From a virus (taxonomy: Duplodnaviria; Caudoviricetes): DNA of 64,000 nucleotides. The DNA is taken from the IMG/VR virus record IMGVR_UViG_3300025073_000989. One strand, 5' to 3'. A program made the translations under genes and the position numbers. Below are positions 37,839 through 47,306 of the stretch, in pieces; the first letter of the stretch is position 1, and every line of letters starts with the position of its first letter. Under the pieces are notes generated by a model, which saw only the letters and a list, made by a program, of their open reading frames with translations, made no database searches and was not told the origin of the DNA.

Positions 37839-38110
37839 AAATGTTAACAATAAATTTTATGGATAAAAGTGGAAAAGTTCTTCCTGATAGTGAAGTAGAG
37901 GATTTTGTAAATCAAACCATTAAGATGTATTTCAAAATTAAAAAATCCATCCCGGACTACGAAGTGCATATCTCAAACTTCCTTATTGCTCAATCTTTTC
38001 AAGTAGCCGTCAAAGAGGGTAAAATTCCAGCAGAAGAAGTATGCTTTAAAAATGGTAATTTTATAGCTTACGTTACGCCTGGTGGTTACCTTGATAATTA
38101 TTCAAGGTAA
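37832..38110 (+). CDS. Hypothetical protein
   Basis: 92 aa overlapping ORF. Confidence 0.5.
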   Translation: MLKMLTINFMDKSGKVLPDSEVEDFVNQTIKMYFKIKKSIPDYEVHISNFLIAQSFQVAVKEGKIPAEEVCFKNGNFIAYVTPGGYLDNYSR

Positions 38111-38201
38111 AATAATGAAGATGGCGGAAAGGTATATGATAATTTTTTAGATAGGCTTTTAAACTGATGAAGTAATAATTAACTAACCTCTGTAAGAGAT
38201 A

Positions 38202-38222
38202 GATAAAAGATAGACTTTTATC
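38202..38222 (+). promoter_or_regulatory. Leader hairpin with ATAGA loop (before nadM-nudix)
   Basis: GATAAAAG-ATAGA-CTTTTATC, 8-bp stem. Confidence 0.55.
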
Positions 38223-38248
38223 GCAACCATAACATAGGAGGATTTCTT

Positions 38249-39301
38249 ATGTCAAGAAAATTTAGTCATGTAGTATTCATTGGTAGATTTCAGCCAGTCC
38301 ATGTTGGTCACACTCGTATTATTAGGCAAGCTTTAGAGATTGCGGATAGTATAATTATTATTTGCGGTTCTGCTTATCAGCCACGAACAATCAAAAACCC
38401 ATTCACTGTCCAAGAAAGATGGAACATGGTTCTTGATGATTTAGTTGATATAGATCGTGCAAGAATTATCTTAACGTTTTCATATGATTATATGTATAAC
38501 GATCAGCGATGGGCAGAAGAAATACAACAAAGAGTTAAAGCTTTTGTATATGACCCTAAAGCTAAAATTGGAATCATAGGATTTAAAAAAGACCAAAGCT
38601 CATACTATTTGGACATGTTTCCTCAATGGGAACTAATACACAGTATTAAAACAGAAATTACAGTAGAAACACAAAATAAAAAACTAATAAATGCTACAGA
38701 CATCAGAGCGTGTCTGTTTGAAAGTAAGAATCTTACTTCTGTAGCTAATATGTTAACTAACACTACACTAAATTGTTTAGTAAGATTTAAAGAAACAGAA
38801 GAATTTAAATTACTTCAAAGAGAATATGATTATGTTCAAAAATATAAACAAGCTTGGACAAAAGCTCCTTATGCTCCTACTTTTGTAACAGTTGACGCAG
38901 TAGTAGTTCAGTCGGGTCACGTATTAATGGTTAGGAGAAAAGCTATGCCAGGTAAAGGCAACTTGGCGCTACCTGGTGGGTTTATAAACCAAAAAGAAAC
39001 TACCATAGAGGCTATGTTAAGGGAATTAAGAGAAGAAACAAAACTTAAGGTTCCGGTACCTGTTTTACGGGGCTCGATAAAAGCAAATAAATTATTTGAT
39101 CATCCTGATAGAAGTTTAAGGGGTAGAACACTAACAGATGCTTATTTAATAGAATTAGCAAATGGGGAACTGCATCCAGTAAAAGGAGGAGATGACGCAG
39201 CTAAAGCATTATGGATACCTATAGCAGATTTGAAAGGGCTACGTAATCAGATTTTTGAAGATCATGCTGACATCATTTTTTATTTCTTGGGTAGAGTGTA
39301 G
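38249..39301 (+). CDS. nadM: Bifunctional NMN adenylyltransferase / ADP-ribose pyrophosphatase (NadM-Nudix)
   Basis: FIGRFQPVHVGH, KNPFT..ER, INATDIR; Nudix box ALPGGFINQKETTIEAMLRELREET; GGDDA. Confidence 0.92.
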   Translation: MSRKFSHVVFIGRFQPVHVGHTRIIRQALEIADSIIIICGSAYQPRTIKNPFTVQERWNMVLDDLVDIDRARIILTFSYDYMYNDQRWAEEIQQRVKAFVYDPKAKIGIIGFKKDQSSYYLDMFPQWELIHSIKTEITVETQNKKLINATDIRACLFESKNLTSVANMLTNTTLNCLVRFKETEEFKLLQREYDYVQKYKQAWTKAPYAPTFVTVDAVVVQSGHVLMVRRKAMPGKGNLALPGGFINQKETTIEAMLRELREETKLKVPVPVLRGSIKANKLFDHPDRSLRGRTLTDAYLIELANGELHPVKGGDDAAKALWIPIADLKGLRNQIFEDHADIIFYFLGRV

Positions 39302-39307
39302 ACTAAC

Positions 39308-39328
39308 GCTTACCGATAGACGGTGAGT
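39308..39328 (+). promoter_or_regulatory. Leader hairpin with ATAGA loop (before nadV)
   Basis: GCTTACCG-ATAGA-CGGTGAGT, 8-bp stem with two G-U pairs. Confidence 0.55.
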
Positions 39329-39360
39329 AATTATTAACATCATTATGGAGGATTTCCACT

Positions 39361-40740
39361 ATGAGCAAAAACATTATTTTAAACACGGACAGTTATAAAG
39401 CCTCTCACTGGTTACAGGATCCAGACGGAACAGAAAATAAGTTTTCTTATATCGAAAGTAGGGGCGGTAGATATAAAAAAACTCTCTTTTTTGGCCTTCA
39501 GTACTTCATAAAAGAGTATTTGGTTAAACCGGTCACCAGGCAGATGATTGATGAAGCAGAAGTATTTTGGAAAATTCATGGTGAGCCTTTTAATAGAGAA
39601 GGTTGGCAGTATATACTCGAAAAACATAAGGGGTTTTTGCCAATCAAGATTAAGGCAGTAAAAGAAGGCTCTCTAGTACCAACTAGTAATATTTTGGTGT
39701 CAGTAGAAGCAACTGATAAAAAATGCGCATGGTTGGTTTCTTATGTAGAAACGTCACTGCTTCGAGCAATATGGTATCCTACTACAGTAGCCACAAATTC
39801 CTATGAGTGTAAACAAGTAATCAAAGGGTATCTTGATGAGACGGCTGATGACACTGCTGGGCAAATTATGTTTAAGCTCCACGATTTTGGATCCCGCGGT
39901 GTCAGTTCTTTTGAAAGTGCTGGTATAGGAGGTATGGCTCATCTAGTAAACTTTATGGGCTCCGATACTGTTACTGGTGTTTTATTTGCCAACAAATACT
40001 ATAATGTTCAAATGGCAGGTTTCAGTATCCCAGCAGCAGAACATAGCACTATAACTGTCTATGGTAAAGAGGGAGAAGTAGAGGCATACAGAAAAATGCT
40101 TAAGCTTTTTGCTAAACCAGGAACTTTAGTAGCTGTTGTTTCTGATAGCTATAATATCTACAACGCAGCCGAAAAGCTCTGGGGTGAGCAACTAAAACAA
40201 GAGGTAATCGCTTCTGGGGCTACTGTCATTATTCGGCCCGACAGTGGTAACCCTATTAATGTAGTAAGAGACGTAGTAAAAATACTTTCTGAAAAGTTTG
40301 GATATACTATTAACAATAAAGGGTATAAAATACTTAAAAATGTGAGGGTGATTCAAGGTGACGGTATAAACAAAAAGACTATTTGGGGTATTCTCGAAAC
40401 ATTAAAAGTACATGGCTTTTCTGCTGAAAATGTAGCTTTTGGTATGGGTGGCGCGTTGTTACAGCAAATAGATAGAGACACCCAAAAATTTGCCATGAAA
40501 TGTAGTGCTATTTTAGTAAACGGTGCTTGGATCGATGTGTTTAAACAACCGATAACTGACCCTGGCAAAAACAGCAAGAAAGGTAGACTAATGCTTTACC
40601 ACGAGGATGATGGAGGTTTTACTACCGATTTAGAGAGCAATGCACATGGTAGAAAGGAAGCACTTGTTACCGTTTTTGAAAATGGTATTCTTACGAAAGA
40701 ATATACCTTTGAAGAAGTAAGACGAGTAGCAAGTAAGTAA
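39361..40740 (+). CDS. nadV: Nicotinamide phosphoribosyltransferase
   Basis: TDSYKASH, LHDFGSRG, SIPAAEHST, VVSDSY, IIRPDSG, IQGDG, AFGMGGALLQ, KSKKG-type tail. Confidence 0.95.
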   Translation: MSKNIILNTDSYKASHWLQDPDGTENKFSYIESRGGRYKKTLFFGLQYFIKEYLVKPVTRQMIDEAEVFWKIHGEPFNREGWQYILEKHKGFLPIKIKAVKEGSLVPTSNILVSVEATDKKCAWLVSYVETSLLRAIWYPTTVATNSYECKQVIKGYLDETADDTAGQIMFKLHDFGSRGVSSFESAGIGGMAHLVNFMGSDTVTGVLFANKYYNVQMAGFSIPAAEHSTITVYGKEGEVEAYRKMLKLFAKPGTLVAVVSDSYNIYNAAEKLWGEQLKQEVIASGATVIIRPDSGNPINVVRDVVKILSEKFGYTINNKGYKILKNVRVIQGDGINKKTIWGILETLKVHGFSAENVAFGMGGALLQQIDRDTQKFAMKCSAILVNGAWIDVFKQPITDPGKNSKKGRLMLYHEDDGGFTTDLESNAHGRKEALVTVFENGILTKEYTFEEVRRVASK

Positions 40741-40745
40741 AAACT

Positions 40746-40774
40746 AAATGAGGAGTAGGCAGACTCCTCATTTT
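40746..40774 (+). terminator. Probable intrinsic terminator after nadV
   Basis: AAATGAGGAGT-aggcag-ACTCCTCATTT followed by T. Confidence 0.6.
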
Positions 40775-41040
40775 GGAGAAAAAATGATATGTCAAAAATA
40801 ACGGTAGCTTATCCGATAGAAGTTCCTCAAGGCCCATATTGTTGGAGTTATAAACCACCTTTTGTTATGAGGTAAAATTATGAAAAAATTAACTAAAATA
40901 ACATTAGTACTAGAAGAAGGTATTATACAAAATATTACATGCATTCCTGGATAGATTTATGTGGTCGAGGTGACTTTTGTTGTTGTGTCTGTAATTTTAA
41001 ATGTGGCGCAGATTAAAATTTTAGAGATAAAAAAAACAGT

Positions 41041-41751
41041 ATGAAGATAATAAGTAAGTTTAAAGATTATTATGATTCTATAGCTTTTTCCCAAACACCA
41101 GTATGGGAAAGAAAAACAACAGAAATACTGTTGGATGAAACAAAAAAACTTACTATTAACAAAGAACAAACTATATGGCTTCAAAAAACTCTGCAAGAAC
41201 TACCAAAACCTAGAATAAGTAGTACTAATAATTTATATAAACCTAATTTTTTTATGTATAAAATAGTAGGGTTTTGTGGTGTATTAATTCCCATTTTCCT
41301 TATCTTCAAAGAAAACTGTATTAGACCCACAGCTTATATAGATATTGATGAATTTAAAAAAATGCACAGCCATTTAGACAATAGAGTATCTTGTTTGTTT
41401 GGTAAAAAATTTGAAAAAGAAACAGTAGACGCCTGGAAAATCGAATTTAATGCTACAGCAAAATTAAACGATATCTTCCTAAAACTACAAACACCCATCT
41501 TTATACTTGAACATACTAATATTCGGCACATTATACTTACAACTAACCCAAAACTAGCTAATATTAATTTTCAAAGAATTATTAATCCTTATCAAACATA
41601 TCAACAAATAGAAATGTATCTTTTAAATGAACTTGCCACGGGCTATCAAAAAACACCAGAGTTCTCAGATGAAATAAAAAGAGATATGCATGGTTTTAAT
41701 GAATGGTCATTTAAAAAAAGAGGAATAATCAGTACAGGAGGAATAAAGTGA
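41041..41751 (+). CDS. Hypothetical phage protein
   Basis: 236 aa ORF starting MKIISKFKDYYD. Confidence 0.6.
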   Translation: MKIISKFKDYYDSIAFSQTPVWERKTTEILLDETKKLTINKEQTIWLQKTLQELPKPRISSTNNLYKPNFFMYKIVGFCGVLIPIFLIFKENCIRPTAYIDIDEFKKMHSHLDNRVSCLFGKKFEKETVDAWKIEFNATAKLNDIFLKLQTPIFILEHTNIRHIILTTNPKLANINFQRIINPYQTYQQIEMYLLNELATGYQKTPEFSDEIKRDMHGFNEWSFKKRGIISTGGIK

Positions 41752-42287
41752 AAGAAAAAGTAGATGACTGTTTAACGTGGGCATCCTGTAAAGAACATGA
41801 CCTGGTTTACCTAAAATCTAAACTTCTTCCAGTCAATATAAGACTATTAACAAAATCTTCAGACTACTCAGCTTTAATACGTAGTGCTTGTGAACTAATT
41901 ATAAAAAGACTAAAAACAGATTACTGTGATTACAAAAAACCACACGGAATGTCAGGAGCTAACTGTGCAGTGCCTTTTAATATAATTGCCTTTTTCTTAA
42001 ACAGGTCGAAAGACAATAAAAAAATTATATTAATGATAAATCCGAAAATATTACAATATCTAAAAGAAACTGAAATAACTGACTCTAACTGCGGTTCTAT
42101 AAGACTTAAAAATACTATAAAAGTACGACGCTATAAAGAAGTTAAAGTTTGTTGGTATGATTTAAATGGTAAAAAATATATCCAAATATTTAACAGAAGT
42201 AATGGAAGCTTCACAATACAACACGAGGTAGATCATAATAATGGCGTACTTATTACTGATAGAAACTTAGAACTAACATCTCGCTAA
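41748..42287 (+). CDS. def: Peptide deformylase, divergent
   Basis: MINPKI, SNCGSI (for EGCLS), IQHEVDHNNGVLITDR (HExDH). Confidence 0.75.
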   Translation: MKEKVDDCLTWASCKEHDLVYLKSKLLPVNIRLLTKSSDYSALIRSACELIIKRLKTDYCDYKKPHGMSGANCAVPFNIIAFFLNRSKDNKKIILMINPKILQYLKETEITDSNCGSIRLKNTIKVRRYKEVKVCWYDLNGKKYIQIFNRSNGSFTIQHEVDHNNGVLITDRNLELTSR

Positions 42288-42314
42288 CTTTTATATTAAT
42301 GAAAGGAGTAGTAT

Positions 42315-42824
42315 ATGCCTGGAGTACTGATAATAATTGTTTTATCTTTTTTAGCGCTCTTTATTTATTCAAAAAAGTTTAGAAAAATGGATTTTTTAGA
42401 AATGCTACTACTTGTAACTATTAGTCAACTAGTTCTACTTGGACTATCTGGTATCATAGGTGGTCATTGTGAAAAAATTGACTCACTTTCACAAGAAATA
42501 CCAATTGTATCGTTAAGGGACGAAAAAGGACTTTATGGAAACTTTTTTCTTGGTAGTGGAGAAATAGCCGACCAGCAGTATCTAATTACTTATGCCAAAT
42601 ACGATAAAGGCCTAGTTCCTGTAAAATTCAATTTACACACAGAAAAAGTATTTATAAAAGAAGGAGTATCAAATCCGAATTTTCAAACTTTTTTTGTCAA
42701 AAGTTTGAAAATTCGGATTTAAAAAATTCTTGTACGGTAACGGATATACAGTATATAGCGAAGGTAGATACCATATACTAAACGTTCCACATGAAACCTT
42801 ATTGAAACAGTTTAGAATAGAGTA
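42315..42824 (+). pseudogene. Membrane protein gene with an in-frame TAA at 42720-42722; frame continues to TAG at 42822-42824
   Basis: After the stop the same frame reads KFLYGNGYTVYSEGRYHILNVPHETLLKQFRIE; the stop lies at the end of a perfect inverted repeat. Confidence 0.5.
42671..42720. repeat. Perfect 22-bp inverted repeat with 6-nt loop
   Basis: AAATCCGAATTTTCAAACTTTT-tttgtc-AAAAGTTTGAAAATTCGGATTT. Confidence 0.95.
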
Positions 42825-42991
42825 GTGAAAAAAAATTCTATTAATTACTAGTCTCTTTCTTTTCTTTAAAGTGGTCACATTTTTCTTTTCCTTGATTAAA
42901 GTATACTGCGCTTTGTTCAAAGATATCACAATGTGGATGGCCTATCCATCTATAATGTGCACAGTTTCTACATACTGTATATAGAAAAGTA

Positions 42992-43327
42992 CTAGACACC
43001 TTGATGCACTATAATTTCAATTTTTAAAAACTTTATACGGTCATTGGGTACTACCCGCCACAGTTTTTTTCGTTTACTACATTCCCCTTCCTTGTAAAGC
43101 ACATCGTTAACGTAGGAAAATGTAGTTTCAAGTAATCCTACTTTATTGATTACTGCTTCTTTATCATCTATTACTACCAAATCCCCTTCCTCAAATTTAG
43201 AATTGATCCGGAACCATATACTACTAACTAAACTTTGGATGGTTTCCTTAAAAACTAAGATTCCTAGTGTACTGATTCCTGCAAAAATTATGGCAATTCC
43301 TTCTTTAGTAAACCATTGTTCTAGCAT
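42992..43327 (-). CDS. Small membrane protein with MscS-like beta domain
   Basis: N-terminal TM helix then FEEGDLVVIDDKEAVINKVGLLETT and VVPNDRI. Confidence 0.5.
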   Translation of the reverse strand: MLEQWFTKEGIAIIFAGISTLGILVFKETIQSLVSSIWFRINSKFEEGDLVVIDDKEAVINKVGLLETTFSYVNDVLYKEGECSKRKKLWRVVPNDRIKFLKIEIIVHQGV

Positions 43328-43447
43328 TGAGTTTTAGTCCTTTCTTTAATTTTTAGTTCTTTAGTCTTAGTCCTTTAGTTTTTTTTAAAAGAGTCGTTTT
43401 CTTTTCTAATGAACCGAAGTTAAAAGGGTGTCTAGGAAATTTACAAT

Positions 43448-43648
43448 CTATCCGTGACAAAAAAATAAACTGCCTGGAACTACAACTGGTCCAGATCCTC
43501 CTGTTCCATATGGAACAAAAGGTTCTCCAATAAACGAGTAGCTTAATAAGCCTGGATTTAATGAAGACTTTGCAGTAACTTGCACAGAAGGCTCACCAAT
43601 AAAGCTGAACTTCATAGTATAAATATCACTATTGGTTGGTAATGGCAT
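43448..43648 (-). CDS. Small hypothetical protein with internal SFIGEP repeat
   Basis: FSFIGEPSV / YSFIGEPFV. Confidence 0.55.
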   Translation of the reverse strand: MPLPTNSDIYTMKFSFIGEPSVQVTAKSSLNPGLLSYSFIGEPFVPYGTGGSGPVVVPGSLFFCHG

Positions 43649-43853
43649 CTTCTAATTCCTGATTTTTTGAAACCAAGTCTCCTTGAAGTACTTCTATTTG
43701 TCTAACAAGAATATAAGCTTCTACTGCTAAAGTCATTATCTCAGTAGAGGGGTCATTACTAAAAGAGAAGGATTGGTTTGAATAACTGTCTATCTGTGTC
43801 TGAACAATCCATTTACCTGACACATCTTGCTCCTTTGATATTATTGTAAACAT
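43629..43853 (-). CDS. Hypothetical protein
   Basis: 74 aa, GGAG RBS, overlaps next gene. Confidence 0.55.
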   Translation of the reverse strand: MFTIISKEQDVSGKWIVQTQIDSYSNQSFSFSNDPSTEIMTLAVEAYILVRQIEVLQGDLVSKNQELEDAITNQ

Positions 43854-43864
43854 GCCTTACTCTC

Positions 43865-46012
43865 CTATTCTTGCGAGATGGAAATATCATCTATCCATGT
43901 ATTATTAGTAGTAGCTCCCCCATAAACTTCAACAAATATTTCAACAACCCCTTCTTCAGTAGGGGTAAATTGCAGGGTTATCTGTTGCCACGTATCTGCG
44001 TCAACGCTGATCGTACTGCGAACATCTGATGATACGCCAGCAATTTGTCCTTTTTGACATAAAAGTGATGAGGTGACGTTTATGCTATCTCTTCGTAAAT
44101 AAGCCGAAACAGTCACCTGAGCATTGGCAGCACATGCAATTTTTGCTATAGAAAATAGAAATGGACAATACGAAGTCCACCCTGAAGGAATTTTCCAGGA
44201 CACATCGGACGCCGTATAACGAATTGAATTATCTGTTCGAGCAATGCGACTGTCTGGAAGATAAATTTTAGAATCTAGTTGATCATTGTTTTCTTTTCCA
44301 CTGAACACCTTTTGAATATATGGTGCAGGAGTAGCAAAAACGCCTATGGTTGCTTGATTGGTAGTCCAATTATAAAGACGATTTCCAATTGCACCAGCGA
44401 TTACATTGAATACGCCTGACACGTTACTATGAGCATCAAATCCTTTCACAATATTATTTGCTGACACACTGCCGAAATAAATCGCATACGCATAGTTATA
44501 GGAAAGGTCTGTAGCCGTAACAACATTATCCAAAGCATTTTGGAATGACAAACCAGACTGAGTGTTGAAATTAGCTGTACCAATCGTTGCTACATTATTA
44601 CAAGCACTATTGAATAAAATACCATTTGCGGTGTTATATTCAGCATTGTTCACTGTTATCGTGTTTGACCAGCTACTGGCCACTTGCAGTCCACTTCCAG
44701 CACCATTGTATATTTTTCCGATATTTATTGCATTTTGTGACGCACTTGATGTTTGTGCGTTGGATGTTGTACTATTTTTGACAGTATCTATATTAATAGT
44801 GTTGAATTTTCCTTGAAGATATAATCCAGAAACATTGTTATTTAGACATTTAACATTCGTTGTCAAGGATGCTGTGTTTCCTGTTGCATACAATGCTGTA
44901 GAGCAATTTGAAATACTACCGATATTTATTGTTCCAGTACATCCGGGATATTCATAAAAGCCATAATTCCCTCTAACAAAAGAAAATCCAGATATAGTCA
45001 CATCAGCAACACTGATATTGCAAGACCAATAAGAATGAAGTTCTATAAAGGTTTCGCCATCAACGACTCCAGATGAAGTATTGTATCCACCCGTATAGGT
45101 TACCCCTGCCTCATTGAATACTTCTGCGGCTATAACTTTTACCGGTTCTCTTTTGTAAGTAGAAACAGATTCAGTTGTTCCGAAATAAGAACGAAGTGGT
45201 ACGCTATTAAAGTATCCTGGGTTTATGTCAAGAATAAGAGTTGTTCCATTTATGGACTTTATTCCATACCAGCCATCATCGTTCGCCCCAACTATAGCGT
45301 TAGAACTTTTACTTATCAAACTTGAAAGGGTGATACTGTCAGCAGAAGAAGCCGCCTTGCAGGCTATTATGCAAGATAAACTGAAAGTGACTGTTCCTGG
45401 ATCGCTATCAGCATAAATGGTAACAGATTGAATTGAAGAGCCTAATGCCGAGCCTTTGTCAATAGTAATATTATAAGCATAACCCCCACCAGGAGTTACA
45501 GGGATTATAAAGGAATCAACTATCGTATCACCAGTAGTATCAGAGCATAAACATACTTTTAAGACATTTGCTGCGATGGCAGCATTTACAGCCGTCAACC
45601 AAAAACTTAATTGTTGATACCCTGAAAAGTCTTGAACCGATCCCAATGTCTTGTATGCAACTTTACCTGTTGTAAATCCAGCACCAATCGCAAACTGTGA
45701 AGCATAAGAACCAATTTTTCTACTTACGTTAGTCCCGCAAGTCACGTTGTCGGAAGCTGTCCAGGTGGTGCCTTCCACCTCTACATTTTTGGTAAGGACA
45801 GAAGGCAGAGTTATAGTGTCTGATTGATTGCTCCATGAGCATGTCCCAACCAGTGTAGGATCAGGCGTTTTGGCAACTCGTACTTCATCTCCGGACACTA
45901 GTCTGGCGGCAGTGGCTCCTAAAGCCAATGTTTTCCAAGCCGTACTATCTCCCCATTCCGAGCCGTCATTAGTATCATTTCCAAGTGTGTGGTCTATATA
46001 ATAAATAGTCAT
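43865..46012 (-). CDS. Putative virion fibre/spike protein with parallel beta-helix
   Basis: YYIDHTLGNDTNDG N-terminus; Asn/Gly-rich repeats of about 22 residues; C-terminal WQQITLQFTPT carbohydrate-binding-like module. Confidence 0.65.
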   Translation of the reverse strand: MTIYYIDHTLGNDTNDGSEWGDSTAWKTLALGATAARLVSGDEVRVAKTPDPTLVGTCSWSNQSDTITLPSVLTKNVEVEGTTWTASDNVTCGTNVSRKIGSYASQFAIGAGFTTGKVAYKTLGSVQDFSGYQQLSFWLTAVNAAIAANVLKVCLCSDTTGDTIVDSFIIPVTPGGGYAYNITIDKGSALGSSIQSVTIYADSDPGTVTFSLSCIIACKAASSADSITLSSLISKSSNAIVGANDDGWYGIKSINGTTLILDINPGYFNSVPLRSYFGTTESVSTYKREPVKVIAAEVFNEAGVTYTGGYNTSSGVVDGETFIELHSYWSCNISVADVTISGFSFVRGNYGFYEYPGCTGTINIGSISNCSTALYATGNTASLTTNVKCLNNNVSGLYLQGKFNTINIDTVKNSTTSNAQTSSASQNAINIGKIYNGAGSGLQVASSWSNTITVNNAEYNTANGILFNSACNNVATIGTANFNTQSGLSFQNALDNVVTATDLSYNYAYAIYFGSVSANNIVKGFDAHSNVSGVFNVIAGAIGNRLYNWTTNQATIGVFATPAPYIQKVFSGKENNDQLDSKIYLPDSRIARTDNSIRYTASDVSWKIPSGWTSYCPFLFSIAKIACAANAQVTVSAYLRRDSINVTSSLLCQKGQIAGVSSDVRSTISVDADTWQQITLQFTPTEEGVVEIFVEVYGGATTNNTWIDDISISQE

Positions 46013-46021
46013 ATAAATAAC

Positions 46022-46522
46022 CTAAAAACCAGTAGCAATATCGCACAGGTATAAACTATTTGATCGTAGAATAGTCACCACGTCTATGGATCCGCTAGCA
46101 GTAGTCAGTGCCTTTTGTGATCCTCCTCCCCATCTTATTGTATCACTCCAAGTAGGAATACGGCTACCTACAGAGTCCTGTATAAGTAAAAGTCTATATA
46201 CCATACCATTTACAGTATTTTCGAAAGTTATATCTGGATTTCCCTCTAAAGTCAAATATTTAGTAGCTGATCCTGACCAATCTATTGTTATATCAGACGA
46301 GTATACTATTTCATTTTCTCCGGCCGGCAAAAGAGTAGATCTTAATGTCCCAGAAATAGTATCTACTTTGTCATCCAATAATAAAATTGCTGATGTATTA
46401 GAACTTATATTAATTGCACTACTTGTAATTTGTGACTGTATAGTTCCTGAAGCAACAGCAAACTCTTCCTCCGATAGAAAATCTTCGTCTACTATTTGAT
46501 TTTCACTTATTAGTGATCTCAT
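46022..46522 (-). CDS. Putative fibre-associated protein
   Basis: ITIDWS..YLTLEGN..LLLIQDSVGSRIPTWSDTIRWGGG module typical of phage fibre proteins. Confidence 0.6.
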   Translation of the reverse strand: MRSLISENQIVDEDFLSEEEFAVASGTIQSQITSSAINISSNTSAILLLDDKVDTISGTLRSTLLPAGENEIVYSSDITIDWSGSATKYLTLEGNPDITFENTVNGMVYRLLLIQDSVGSRIPTWSDTIRWGGGSQKALTTASGSIDVVTILRSNSLYLCDIATGF

Positions 46523-46531
46523 ATTATATAG

Positions 46532-46870
46532 CTACTGAAGGCCCCCATGCCCTGTACTTGTAGCAGACAAATTAGTTCTTGCCACAGTTAAATCACCAAA
46601 ATCTACGGCATTACCAGTAGATGCGATAGTAACATAGTCAATAATATTTGAGTTTGACCCTGTGGTTCCTCCACCAAACAATGCTCTTGTCGATGACCCA
46701 GATGAGGCCAAACCGGTTCTTGCAATTGTTAAATTCCCAAACGTAGTTAAATTAGCTAAACTCTCAATATTACCATAGTCAATAACCTTTGAATTAGAAG
46801 ATACAAATCCCCCAGCAAACAATGCTCTTGTTGCAACACTACTATAAGAAATAAACCCAATAGTAAACAT
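46532..46870 (-). CDS. Short beta-propeller-repeat protein (TIASTGNAxDFGDL repeats)
   Basis: Two repeats; ends GHGGLQ like 47307-48536; own AAGGAG RBS. Confidence 0.7.
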   Translation of the reverse strand: MFTIGFISYSSVATRALFAGGFVSSNSKVIDYGNIESLANLTTFGNLTIARTGLASSGSSTRALFGGGTTGSNSNIIDYVTIASTGNAVDFGDLTVARTNLSATSTGHGGLQ

Positions 46871-46884
46871 ATATATATCACTCC

Positions 46885-47274
46885 TTATGATATAAGATTA
46901 CCAAGTAAGTACCATGTGTTTGTACCTTCTTTTACTAAAGTTACGCCTACATATTGAGCAGCTATTGATAAGTTTCCTGCCTGTGAGTTAATAGTTACAC
47001 CACCAGCAGCAGCAAACGTAACCTTTCCAGCACCCTTTTGGATTACATCTATTTGTGTATCTCCTATAGGGAAAGCAACAGTATCATTAGCAGGAACAGT
47101 AACAGTAACAGGACTAGCATTATTCAATGTTACCTTTTTGTCTGTTAATACAAACTGGTAGGTAGTTCCTGTTTGTGCGTTAATAGTAGGTGCAGCATCC
47201 GCAAAAGCAGGAGTAGTTGCTATTTGATTATAAGCTCTGATCGTATTTAGTATGTGGTCTGATAATTTAGACAT
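46885..47274 (-). CDS. Fibre adaptor-domain protein
   Basis: NAQTGTTYQFVLTD..VTVPAN..IDVIQ..WYLLGN, homologous to the N-terminus of 47307-48536. Confidence 0.7.
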   Translation of the reverse strand: MSKLSDHILNTIRAYNQIATTPAFADAAPTINAQTGTTYQFVLTDKKVTLNNASPVTVTVPANDTVAFPIGDTQIDVIQKGAGKVTFAAAGGVTINSQAGNLSIAAQYVGVTLVKEGTNTWYLLGNLIS

Positions 47275-47306
47275 TTCTATTCTCCTACATTTTTTTAATA
47301 AATTAT

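Noticed and set aside
38164-38200. Hammerhead ribozyme core CTGATGA
   Set aside because: No GAAA after a stem II and no closing stems
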